From Bacteroidales bacterium (GTDB lineage Bacteria; Bacteroidota; Bacteroidia; Bacteroidales; UBA12077), in assembly GCA_028282585.1 (NCBI GenBank), contig JANQHR010000102.1, positions 41,735 to 105,734 on the forward strand: DNA of 64,000 bases, in the 5' to 3' direction. Positions 1-8,975 of the stretch are shown one piece after another. Position numbers and translations under genes: made by a program. Numbering within the stretch: the first letter of the stretch is position 1; every line of letters starts with the position of its first letter. Under the pieces are notes generated by a model. It did not search any database. It saw only the letters and a list, made by a program, of their open reading frames with translations, and was not told the origin of the DNA.

Positions 1-156
1 TATTTTTTAAGTTCTGCAACCATATTTGGAAAGGATGGATCACATTATACGATCTCTATTGAAAACTTTGAAACAAATAAAGGTTTTGATGACCCGTATT
101 TTGTATTTAATAAAAAGGATTATCCTAAAGTTGAAGTTATTGATATGCGATTTTAG
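1..156 (+). CDS. 3' end of a probable LolA-like outer-membrane lipoprotein carrier (partial at window edge)
   Basis: Frame 1 is open from base 1 to TAG at 154-156: YFLSSATIFGKDGSHYTISIENFETNKGFDDPYFVFNKKDYPKVEVIDMRF. The C-terminal F-x-F-x-K-K-x-Y-P-x-x-E-V-I-D-x-R pattern is typical of Bacteroidota LolA-like proteins. Confidence 0.6.
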   Translation, partial: YFLSSATIFGKDGSHYTISIENFETNKGFDDPYFVFNKKDYPKVEVIDMRF

Positions 157-178
157 CAAAGAATTCCTTCCATACATT

Positions 179-205
179 AAAAACAGCTAATAACGGCTGT
201 TTTTT
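179..205. terminator. Bidirectional intrinsic terminator
   Basis: aaaaacagct-aataa-cggctgtttttt hairpin with A and T tails between convergent genes. Confidence 0.65.
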
Positions 206-214
206 GCCAATATT

Positions 215-2326
215 TCAATTCTTACCTTTTTCTGGATATTCTATCCTGGCATGATAAATATTCATTAATTTATCCTTAAATAAATTCTTTATCTCAGTAA
301 CATCTTTAAAATTAATATCGACATGATCGAATTGTCCCTCTTTCATTTGATTGTCAATTATATTTTCTACCAAATTACTTATTCTTTCCTCATTAATATC
401 GCTTAAACTCCTAGATGCGGCTTCAACAGAATCTGCCATCATTAAAACTGCCATTTCCTTTGAATATGGCTTCGGACCAGGATAGGTAAACATATTTACA
501 TCCACGTCTTTATCAGGGAATTTTTTAATATAAGACCTATAAAAATATTGAACCTTTGTAGTACCATGATGCGTACGAATAAATTCAATCAATGGGTCAG
601 GTAAGCTATTTTTCTTGGCTAACTCTATTCCATCTTTTACATGGCTAATAATAATATTTGCACTCTCATCAAATTCATGCATATCGTGCGGATTAAACCC
701 CGATCTCTGATTTTCAATAAAATAAATAGGGTTATTCATTTTACCTATATCATGATACAAAGCGCCGGTACGGACTAATAATGGATTACCGCCAATTTTA
801 TGTATAGCCTCTTCGGCTAAATTTGCAACTTGCATTGAATGTTGAAAAGTGCCAGGTGCTTTTTCGGCAAGAGCTCTTAATAACTTCTGGTTAGTATCAG
901 AAAGTTCCATCAGTGTTAAGTCAGAAACAAATCCAAAAGTTTTTTCGAAAATGTAAATTATTGGATATGATAATAAAATTAAACCGCTATTAAAAGCAAA
1001 AAATTTAAAATTGGCATAATTAAGGTTATTTAAAGTACCATCCTGTGTAATAGATAACCCAAAATATATTATACTATAAGTAATAAACACTAAAATTGAA
1101 GAAACAAATAGCCCTCCTCTTCTATAATAATTTGTAGTACTAAAAATTGCAATAATTCCTGCTATAATATTTAGAAAAACAAATTCAAACCCATTTGGAG
1201 CAAAGAAACCAACTATTAGCACAGTTATAATATGAATAAATAAAGCTAATCTTGAATCGTAAAAAGTTCTAATAATTATTGGAATAATGGCAAAAGGAAT
1301 AACATAAAGTATATTTTCGGTAAAACTGGATACAATAACGAAGATAACTACAATTAAAAGTATGAATACCGTTTTAAAACTATGCTGTAAAATTTCTCGC
1401 CTGAAATTCCATAAAAACAAATACAACACTAAAAAACAAGCAGTTATAAATATTATTTGACCCAACAACAACCTTCTTGAATTATTAAACGTTTCCAGTT
1501 TTGATTTTGATTCGTAACTGAAAGATTCTAATATATTATAGATTTCATTTGTTATAATATCACCTTCTGATATAATTTTTTCCCCGGATTGAACCATTCC
1601 TTTGGTTATAGATATACCACTTATCAATTCGTTCCATTCATAATCTGATTTTTTTTGATCATAAAAAATATTAGATTCTATATAATCATAAGGATTAAGC
1701 GTTTTAATAAAATCTTTATTATTATTGTCCCATAATTGTTCAATATATTTGTTTACTGTATCGACAATGAATTCATATGCCTTTTTCTGCGAATTTAAAT
1801 CATTAATACTAACCTGTTCTGCAATATTATTTCTTAGAAGAATTATTACATCACTATTTTCCAAACCTTTTACGTTTTCAATCGATTCAATTATACCGAG
1901 ACTATATAAATTTTTTAAAATTGACAGGAAATTATTTTTAATTGTAGCATTGTTATTTATAAAAGCCTTTTCATTGAAATATTTTCCTTCCTCCTTAATT
2001 TTCGTTATAAACTCAGTTTCCTTATCATTAAAATGCTGATTAAACTTAGAAATATTAACAGACTCTATACTATCCTCATAATTAAAGTATGGTCTAAACT
2101 GATTTAATATGCTGTCTTTCTCTTGCTTTAATTGATCTTCACTCTTATAAATAGGAAAATTATAAGGAGCTAATAAAGTATTATAAGACCAGGGGCTCCC
2201 AACTTTATATTCATATCTGAATTTTCCAGGCAGAAAGTAATTAACTAACGCAATTGATAACACAAATAAAACTCCCCTAAAAATATGCTTGTAATTTTTC
2301 TTTATATAATCTAAAAACCTTTTCAT
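215..2326 (-). CDS. 7TM-HD (HDIG) membrane phosphohydrolase, PgpH-like cyclic-dinucleotide phosphodiesterase family
   Basis: N-terminal TM, extracytoplasmic domain, ~7 TM helices, then APGTFQHS...LYHDIGK...THHGT...MMADSVEAA HD-domain motifs. Confidence 0.88.
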   Translation of the reverse strand: MKRFLDYIKKNYKHIFRGVLFVLSIALVNYFLPGKFRYEYKVGSPWSYNTLLAPYNFPIYKSEDQLKQEKDSILNQFRPYFNYEDSIESVNISKFNQHFNDKETEFITKIKEEGKYFNEKAFINNNATIKNNFLSILKNLYSLGIIESIENVKGLENSDVIILLRNNIAEQVSINDLNSQKKAYEFIVDTVNKYIEQLWDNNNKDFIKTLNPYDYIESNIFYDQKKSDYEWNELISGISITKGMVQSGEKIISEGDIITNEIYNILESFSYESKSKLETFNNSRRLLLGQIIFITACFLVLYLFLWNFRREILQHSFKTVFILLIVVIFVIVSSFTENILYVIPFAIIPIIIRTFYDSRLALFIHIITVLIVGFFAPNGFEFVFLNIIAGIIAIFSTTNYYRRGGLFVSSILVFITYSIIYFGLSITQDGTLNNLNYANFKFFAFNSGLILLSYPIIYIFEKTFGFVSDLTLMELSDTNQKLLRALAEKAPGTFQHSMQVANLAEEAIHKIGGNPLLVRTGALYHDIGKMNNPIYFIENQRSGFNPHDMHEFDESANIIISHVKDGIELAKKNSLPDPLIEFIRTHHGTTKVQYFYRSYIKKFPDKDVDVNMFTYPGPKPYSKEMAVLMMADSVEAASRSLSDINEERISNLVENIIDNQMKEGQFDHVDINFKDVTEIKNLFKDKLMNIYHARIEYPEKGKN

Positions 2327-2486
2327 ATTGGTATTTAATTGATATTATTACAAATGTATAAATTTTCAATTACATTTTATTTTGTTCTATAATGCTAAAA
2401 AACTGTATTTGTTCAATTTAATTTTATATAAACCTTTAAAACTTACACAAGTAATTTGTATTTTTAAACTTATAAATTATGTTTAT

Positions 2487-3257
2487 ATGACTAAGTATGG
2501 TATATGCGAAACTAGTTTGATTCCTATTCGTAAGGAGCCCAATGATCGCAGTGAGATGGTTTCCCAATTATTATTTGGTGAGACCTTTAAAGTTTTGGAG
2601 GAGACTGTTAAATGGACATACATAAAACTTAATCTGGATAATTATACTGGATGGGTTGATAATAAAGAGGTAAGATTAATTTTAGAAGAAGATTTAGAAA
2701 GGTTTCAGAATACTCCTTACGTAATTACCAATAAAATATCCACCAAAGTTAGAAATTCCGCAGATGAATTATTGATTCTACCTCCTGGTTGTACATTATT
2801 TAACTTTAACGAAGATGATAATAGTTTCTTTATTGGTAGAAATCATTATAAGTTAGTTGAAAAGTATACTGAAATAACAGAAATCAATAAATTAGCAAAA
2901 CAATTTATTAATGCACCCTATCTTTGGGGCGGAAAGAATCCATTTGGGTATGATTGTTCAGGTTTTGTTCAGGTGATTTATAGAATTTTAGGAGAAGATT
3001 TACCACGTGACGCAGGTCAGCAAGTAAATACTGGTAATAATATTGATTTTATTTCAGATGCTAAACCAGGTGATTTAGCCTTTTTCGATGATGAAGAAGG
3101 AAATATAATTCATGTAGGAATTATACTTAAAAGTAGAGATATTATTCATTCTTCAGGAAAGGTAAGGATAGATAAATTAGATCAACAAGGAATATATAAC
3201 ATTGATTTAAAAAAATATACTCACAAATTACGGGTTATTAAACGAGTTTTAAACTAA
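2487..3257 (+). CDS. SH3b + NlpC/P60 gamma-D-glutamyl peptidase (YkfC/C40 family)
   Basis: SEMVSQLLFGE SH3b motif; APYLWGG..FGYDCSG catalytic Cys; HVGI and IHSS His motifs. Start moved to ATG 2487 (MTKYGIC) from the TTG of the ORF track. Confidence 0.88.
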   Translation: MTKYGICETSLIPIRKEPNDRSEMVSQLLFGETFKVLEETVKWTYIKLNLDNYTGWVDNKEVRLILEEDLERFQNTPYVITNKISTKVRNSADELLILPPGCTLFNFNEDDNSFFIGRNHYKLVEKYTEITEINKLAKQFINAPYLWGGKNPFGYDCSGFVQVIYRILGEDLPRDAGQQVNTGNNIDFISDAKPGDLAFFDDEEGNIIHVGIILKSRDIIHSSGKVRIDKLDQQGIYNIDLKKYTHKLRVIKRVLN

Positions 3258-3263
3258 ATTAAT

Positions 3264-3389
3264 ATGGGTAAGTTTTATATATTGGTCTTTATTTTATCTG
3301 TTCTTTTTGTAATATATATTGTTAATAAAAGAATACAACAAAAAGAAAAGGAAAAACATATGAACCATGATAATAAGGATAAAAAATGA
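3264..3389 (+). CDS. Putative 41-aa single-TM microprotein
   Basis: ATG 3264 to TGA 3389: MGKFYILVFILSVLFVIYIVNKRIQQKEKEKHMNHDNKDKK. It fills the intergenic gap and its stop overlaps the Nudix ATG (ATGA). Confidence 0.55.
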   Translation: MGKFYILVFILSVLFVIYIVNKRIQQKEKEKHMNHDNKDKK

Positions 3390-3826
3390 TTTATACTTAT
3401 GCTTACCCGCGTCCTTCAGTTACAGTTGATATAATTATACTAAAAAATATTGTATCCAAACCTCAATTACTTTTAATAGAACGAAAACATGAACCATTTA
3501 AAAATAAATGGGCATTACCGGGCGGATTCGTTGATATTGATGAAGAAATTGAAGATGCTGCATACCGTGAACTAAAAGAAGAAACTTTTATAACAGAAAT
3601 TAATTTAGTACAGTTTAGAACTTTTGGGAAAATTGGCAGAGATCCTCGCGGAAGAACAATATCTATAGTTTACAGCGGTATACTAAAGAATTCAACTCAA
3701 GAAATTAAAGCTGGTGATGATGCAAAAGATTTAAATTGGTTTTGTATTGAAGATTTACCTGAGCTAGCTTTTGATCACAAAGAAATAGTTGAATTATTTT
3801 TATCTAAAAATAAAGAGCTCCGTTAA
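3386..3826 (+). CDS. Nudix hydrolase (ADP-ribose pyrophosphatase/NrtR-like Nudix domain)
   Basis: WALPGGFV...EEIEDAAYRELKEET Nudix box; RDPRGR and LAFDH motifs. Confidence 0.9.
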   Translation: MIYTYAYPRPSVTVDIIILKNIVSKPQLLLIERKHEPFKNKWALPGGFVDIDEEIEDAAYRELKEETFITEINLVQFRTFGKIGRDPRGRTISIVYSGILKNSTQEIKAGDDAKDLNWFCIEDLPELAFDHKEIVELFLSKNKELR

Positions 3827-3862
3827 AAAGAGCTCTTATTAAATGTGGTTTATAAGTGTATA

Positions 3863-5137
3863 TTAAATGATCATTCCTGCTGCTACCGTATTATTTGTAG
3901 CTTCATCTATTAAAATTAAACTACCCATTTTTCTGTTTTTTCGATATGAATCAAAAAATAATGGTCTAGTTGTTTTAATTTGAATCTTAGCAATATCATT
4001 TAAACCTATTTTCTTGTCCTCAGTATTATGATCTAATGTGTTAACATCTATCTTATATTTAACATCCCTAATAACACATCTCAAATCATTTGTAGTATGT
4101 TTAACCGAATACTTTCCGCCTAAAACCATTGGGGTTTCACTGAACCAGCAAATCATCATTTCAATATCCTGACTTGATTTTGGCAAACCATTATCTTTAA
4201 TAATTAAATTACCACGACTGATATCGATATCATCTTCTAAAGACAAAGTCACTGATTGAGGTGCAAACGCTTCTTCTACTTCCTCTTGAAATACATCAAT
4301 AGTTTTAATTTTTGAGACTAATCCAGAAGGTAAAATCTTAACCTGGTCACCCTTGTGAAAAACACCACCTTCAATTCTTCCTGCATATCCTCTGTAATCA
4401 TGATATTCTTCTTTCATGGGTCGAACGACGTATTGAACCGGAAATCTTGTATCAACGTGATTTATATCGCTTGCTATATGAATATTCTCCAGTAAATACA
4501 ATAATGTTGGCCCTTCATACCAGCTCATATTTTCAGATCTATCAACAACATTATCTCCTAACTTAGCACTAATAGGTACGAATCTAATATCATGAACATC
4601 TAATTTAGTTGCAATTTTATCAAAATCATCCTTAATACTTTCAAAAGCCTCTTCTTTAAAGTCAACAAGATCCATTTTGTTTATACAAACAATCATATGT
4701 GGTATTTGAAGCAAAGAAGCAATAAAAGCGTGTCTTAATGTTTGTTCTATAACGCCATTTCGTGCATCAATTAGTATAAGTGCAACATTAGCAGTTGAAG
4801 CTCCTGTTACCATATTTCTGGTATACTGAACATGCCCAGGTGTATCTGCTATTATAAATTTTCTTTTAGGAGTTGCAAAATACCTGTAAGCAACATCGAT
4901 TGTAATACCCTGTTCTCTTTCTGCGCGTAATCCATCCGTTAATAATGCCAAATTTACTTCACCATCACCAGTTTTTTGGCTTGCCTTTTCTATTGACTCC
5001 ATTTGGTCTTCGAAAATAGCTTTACTATCGTATAATAACCTACCAATTAAAGTACTTTTTCCGTCATCAACACTACCAGCTGTAGTGAAACGTAAAAGTT
5101 CCATATCTAAATATCCTTTTGTAATATCTTCTGACAT
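3863..5137 (-). CDS. cysN: Sulfate adenylyltransferase subunit 1
   Basis: GSVDDGKSTLIGRLL P-loop, REQGITIDVAY, ADTPGH, NKMD; EF-Tu-like GTPase next to cysD. Confidence 0.97.
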   Translation of the reverse strand: MSEDITKGYLDMELLRFTTAGSVDDGKSTLIGRLLYDSKAIFEDQMESIEKASQKTGDGEVNLALLTDGLRAEREQGITIDVAYRYFATPKRKFIIADTPGHVQYTRNMVTGASTANVALILIDARNGVIEQTLRHAFIASLLQIPHMIVCINKMDLVDFKEEAFESIKDDFDKIATKLDVHDIRFVPISAKLGDNVVDRSENMSWYEGPTLLYLLENIHIASDINHVDTRFPVQYVVRPMKEEYHDYRGYAGRIEGGVFHKGDQVKILPSGLVSKIKTIDVFQEEVEEAFAPQSVTLSLEDDIDISRGNLIIKDNGLPKSSQDIEMMICWFSETPMVLGGKYSVKHTTNDLRCVIRDVKYKIDVNTLDHNTEDKKIGLNDIAKIQIKTTRPLFFDSYRKNRKMGSLILIDEATNNTVAAGMII

Positions 5138-5161
5138 AATATATTGTTTCTATAGGTTCTA

Positions 5162-6070
5162 TTAAAAATACCCTTCTTTCTTTCTGTCTTCCATCGCAGC
5201 CTCTGACCTTTTATCATCATGACGACCACCTCGCTCTGTTATTCTTGTAGCAGCAACTTCCTCAATAATCTCTTCTAGCGTATTTGCTTTAGATTCTACC
5301 GCTCCGGTGCAAGTCATGTCTCCAATTGTTCTGAAACGTATAATTCTTTTTTCTGGTATCTCATCATCTTTTAAAGTAACGTATTCACCTGCAGCTAAAA
5401 TAGTACCATCACGATCAATTACCTCTCTTTCATGCGAAAAATATAAACTTGGTATCGGGATATTTTCTAAAAGAATATATTGCCAGACATCCATTTCTGT
5501 CCAATTACTGATTGGGAAAACTCTAAAATGCTCCCCCATATGTTTTTTACCATTAAAAATATTCCATAGCTCAGGGCGCTGATTCTTTGGATCCCACTGC
5601 CCAAACTCATCTCTATGTGAAAAGAATCTTTCTTTTGCGCGAGCTTTTTCTTCGTCTCTTCTACCACCTCCCATTGCACAATCAAATTTCAATTCTTCAA
5701 TCCCATCAAGCAATGTAGTCGTTTGTAACTTGTTCCTACTTGCATTTACACCTGTTTCATCAACAACTTTTCCTTGATCAATTGAATCCTGTACGTACCG
5801 AACAATTAATTTTGTTTCGGTATCCTTCATTAATTTGTCTCTGTAATCTAAGGTTTCCTGAAAATTATGTCCAGTATCAATGTGCATTAATGGAAATGGT
5901 ATTCTAGCAGGCCAAAACGCTTTTCTTGCCAAATGAAACATTACAATTGAATCCTTTCCGCCTGAAAAAAGCATGCATGGATTTTCGAACTGAGCAACAA
6001 CTTCTCTAATTACAAAAATCGATTCTGCCTCTAATTCTCTTAAATGATTTATTCTGTATTTATTATCCAT
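5162..6070 (-). CDS. cysD: Sulfate adenylyltransferase subunit 2
   Basis: LFSGGKDS, RRDEEKARAKERFFS, QWDPKNQRPELW, C-terminal MEDRKKEGYF. Confidence 0.97.
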   Translation of the reverse strand: MDNKYRINHLRELEAESIFVIREVVAQFENPCMLFSGGKDSIVMFHLARKAFWPARIPFPLMHIDTGHNFQETLDYRDKLMKDTETKLIVRYVQDSIDQGKVVDETGVNASRNKLQTTTLLDGIEELKFDCAMGGGRRDEEKARAKERFFSHRDEFGQWDPKNQRPELWNIFNGKKHMGEHFRVFPISNWTEMDVWQYILLENIPIPSLYFSHEREVIDRDGTILAAGEYVTLKDDEIPEKRIIRFRTIGDMTCTGAVESKANTLEEIIEEVAATRITERGGRHDDKRSEAAMEDRKKEGYF

Positions 6071-6103
6071 TCTATTCGTAATTTACTATAAGAGACTGCA
6101 AAA

Positions 6104-6715
6104 TTAAAAATTTTTATATTCTATCCTAGGTAAAAGTTTAAGTAATATTTGTTGAACGGATTCTTCGATAGAAGTATCAATAGTTTTGATTTCAACCGCA
6201 GGATTTTTAGGTTCTTCATAAGGCGAGTCTATACCAGTAAAGTTTTTTATTACACCTGCTCTTGCTTTAGCATATAGTCCTTTTATATCTCTCTGCTCAC
6301 AAACTTCTAAAGGAGTATTAACATATATTTCAAAAAAATCTTTTTCACCTACTATTTCTTTAGCTTGATTTCTAATCTCCTCGGTTGGAGAAATAAAGCA
6401 ATTAATTAAAATAACTCCCCCTATCATAAAAAGTTTAGAAACTTCAGCTATTCTGCGAATATTTTCTTTCCGTTCTTCTTCAGAAAAACCTAAGTTATTA
6501 TTTATACCTGTCCTTACATTATCTCCATCCAATAATTTTGTTAGATAACCTCTGCTATGAAGTTCCAACTCAAGTCCCTTTGCAATGGTAGTTTTTCCAG
6601 AACCTGATAAACCCGTAATCCAAATTACAATTGACCTTTGCTTTAGTAAACTTTCTTTATCCTCTCTTTTAAGGATTTTATCAAATGAAGGGTGGATATC
6701 ACTATTTACTTTCAT
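6104..6715 (-). CDS. cysC: Adenylyl-sulfate kinase
   Basis: WITGLSGSGKTT, LDGDNVR, ENIRRIAEV, RDIKGLY, FTGIDSPYEEP. Confidence 0.96.
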   Translation of the reverse strand: MKVNSDIHPSFDKILKREDKESLLKQRSIVIWITGLSGSGKTTIAKGLELELHSRGYLTKLLDGDNVRTGINNNLGFSEEERKENIRRIAEVSKLFMIGGVILINCFISPTEEIRNQAKEIVGEKDFFEIYVNTPLEVCEQRDIKGLYAKARAGVIKNFTGIDSPYEEPKNPAVEIKTIDTSIEESVQQILLKLLPRIEYKNF

Positions 6716-6758
6716 AATTTTTATATTATGTGCAAATATAAAAAAAGAAGCTAATAAA

Positions 6759-6862
6759 GCTGTCTCAAAAGTATTTTTATCTCATTGAGAGTTGAATATT
6801 TAAAAACTGCCTTGAATATAGGAACTATGAATAAAAAAGGCTTGTTTCAATCTTTTGGACAG
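6759..6862. repeat. Imperfect inverted-repeat pair, possible MITE or IS-end relic
   Basis: gctgtctcaaaagt (6759-6772) versus cttttggacag (6852-6862). The GCTGTC(T/C)xAAAA core recurs at about 36111 and 63908. Confidence 0.35.
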
Positions 6863-6946
6863 TTCTTATGTTTGTAAGGCATAAGTTTCAGGTCTCAAGT
6901 TAAAAATTTAACCTGAAACCTTTTGAGCCTATAAAATTTGAAACTT

Positions 6947-7160
6947 GTGCAAAAACAAATTAACAAATTAGATTTTATTGGGCAAAATATCTATGCAGGA
7001 ATTGATACTCATAAAAAAACATTGGCCAATCACTGTTATTGTTGAAGATGTTATCTATCGGACTTTTTGCCAACCATCAAGTGCAGTTGTACTTTTTGGT
7101 TATTAAAAAAGAATTTTCCAGTAGCAAATTATCATTATGCTTATGAAGCTGGTTTTTGGA
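6947..7160 (+). pseudogene. IS110-family transposase remnant (N-terminal DEDD domain, frameshifted and truncated)
   Basis: Joined across two frameshifts: VQKQINKLDFIGQNIYAGIDTHKK / HWPITVIVEDVIYRTFCQPSSAVVLFGY / LKKNFPVANYHYAYEAGFW. This matches the Bacteroidota IS110 N-terminus (IYxGIDxHKK...YEAGF). Confidence 0.8.
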
Positions 7161-7395
7161 TAAAAAATGGTCTGAATGGAAATGGTATAAAGTATATGCA
7201 AATAAAGGAAGAGAATATGGTTTACAATTGGGAAGTTTTACAAAATACAATCGTCTACTAAAAAGTTATATTTGACAAAAGAATTTATATTCAATAAAAA
7301 TAAGAGGTGAAAGACTTTGTCCTATCTTTTGACATAATAAAAATACTAAACATCTAAATGTCTGTAAATATAGAAACTAGATTAAAGAAATAAAC

Positions 7396-7437
7396 AAAAA
7401 AGAGGCTTCTTTTGCTTTACAACATAGAAGCCCCTTT
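7396..7437 (-). terminator. Intrinsic terminator after the first susD
   Basis: aaaaaagaggcttct...agaagcccctttg stem; the A-run gives a U-tail on the minus strand. Confidence 0.55.
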
Positions 7438-7455
7438 GTAAATCTATTTATTTAT

Positions 7456-8964
7456 CTACAGAGGATTCTGATCTGCTACTGAAATATTATCATTAGCATC
7501 TAATTCATCTTGTGGTATTTGCCATACAAGACGATTACTACTAGCAGGTAAAGAACCTGGGAAATAATGATTTCCTATACGATCTAATGGTAATTGTCTT
7601 CGTTTAAGATCTAACGTTGATGCTAAACCTTCACCATACAACTCTTTTCTTCTCTCTAATAGAATTTCATCTATTAAGTTCTGACCTGTATTTGTAGACT
7701 CTACTGCATTTTCATCAGCTCTTTCCTGAACTAAAAATAATAAATCTTGTGCCTCTGGATAATTATTTAATTCTGCATTTGCTTCAGCTTCAATTAATAT
7801 CATTTCAGCAGCACGCATTAATACATAATGCCCAGTTTGATCATCTTTATCTCTAAATTTTCTAATAACGTATTGATCAGCTGGAGTTGCATAACCTGAA
7901 GCATTAATTGGATCAGCCATTTTATCCACTACAAGAGGGTATGCATCAACTGCAAGATTAGCTCTAATATCTGTTGCAGAAAACTCTGCTAAGAATCCAG
8001 AATTCATTCTCATATTATAATATCCAGCAGCTCTTTCTAAATCATACATTGAAAAGAAAGAATAATAAAAATGCTGTTGGTCTTGTTGAAATGGTAAACC
8101 CCAAATCCATTCTCCATTTGCATCTACATCATTGAATCCAGAAGTATAAGTAGCAGCATTATCAAGTGAATATCCACTTCTCGCAGCAGCAGCAGCAGTT
8201 GCTGCTTCCGACCAGTTACCCATAATTAAATGCGCTCTTGCAAGTATACCTTGAGCAACATTTACATTAACATGAGATTTACTATCTCTTTCACCACCTG
8301 ATGGTAATAAAGTTAGAGCCATACTTATATCTGATAAAATCTGGTCATATACATCTTGAACAGTTCCTCTAGGGTTACCTTCACTTTCAGGTGTTGCAGG
8401 TTCTAAATAAATTGGTACACCAGGGTTATCGCTACCTTCGATATAGGCATGTTGGAAAATATTTACCAAATAGAAATAAGCAAACGCACGTAATGTATGA
8501 GCTTCTCCCTTTATTCTATTTTTTTCAGATGCTTCACCTTCAGATCCATCAATGTTTACTATAATATTATTGCAATTATTAATGATCTTATAGTAAAAAT
8601 TCCATAACCCTCTTGTTTTTGAATAATTAGCCTGAGTAAAATCAAATCCTAAATCATGATCAAAATAATACCATGCAGGATAAGGAATAATAACATCTCT
8701 GCCATCTAGCACATCAAGAGTAATATCAACTGATTTTTGCCCCATGTCTTCGTGCCTTCCACTTCCACCCGAATCGTATTCTCTTAACCATCTGTATAAT
8801 CCATTCAATACAGTTTGTGCTCCTTCTGTAGTTTTAAATACATCTGCATCAGAAATGTCGGTAGTCGGTGTAGTTTCAAGGAAATCTTCCTCACAGCTTA
8901 TCAAACTCATTGAAAATAGAGCGATAAGCGTTATATTTAAATATTTTTTTAATTTATTTTTCAT
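7456..8964 (-). CDS. RagB/SusD family nutrient-binding lipoprotein
   Basis: Lipobox LISC followed by EEDFL; GEAHTLRAFAYFYLV, MRAAEMILIEAEA, ERRKELYGEG, IPQDELDAN. Confidence 0.93.
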   Translation of the reverse strand: MKNKLKKYLNITLIALFSMSLISCEEDFLETTPTTDISDADVFKTTEGAQTVLNGLYRWLREYDSGGSGRHEDMGQKSVDITLDVLDGRDVIIPYPAWYYFDHDLGFDFTQANYSKTRGLWNFYYKIINNCNNIIVNIDGSEGEASEKNRIKGEAHTLRAFAYFYLVNIFQHAYIEGSDNPGVPIYLEPATPESEGNPRGTVQDVYDQILSDISMALTLLPSGGERDSKSHVNVNVAQGILARAHLIMGNWSEAATAAAAARSGYSLDNAATYTSGFNDVDANGEWIWGLPFQQDQQHFYYSFFSMYDLERAAGYYNMRMNSGFLAEFSATDIRANLAVDAYPLVVDKMADPINASGYATPADQYVIRKFRDKDDQTGHYVLMRAAEMILIEAEANAELNNYPEAQDLLFLVQERADENAVESTNTGQNLIDEILLERRKELYGEGLASTLDLKRRQLPLDRIGNHYFPGSLPASSNRLVWQIPQDELDANDNISVADQNPL

Positions 8965-8975
8965 AGCTATTTATT

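Noticed and set aside
2382-2486. Upstream extensions in the ORF track (NlpC/P60 from 2382; likewise bamD from 30217 and susC from 17978)
   Set aside because: The extensions run through AT-rich promoter or leader sequence; downstream ATGs give the expected N-termini or signal peptides.
7067-7261. 64-aa ORF as an independent gene
   Set aside because: Its recognisable part (KKNFPVANYHYAYEAGFW) is the third fragment of the IS110 pseudogene.
8183-8198. (GCA)5 microsatellite in susD as a phase-variation tract
   Set aside because: In-frame triplet encoding an Ala run in a helix; slippage would not shift the frame.
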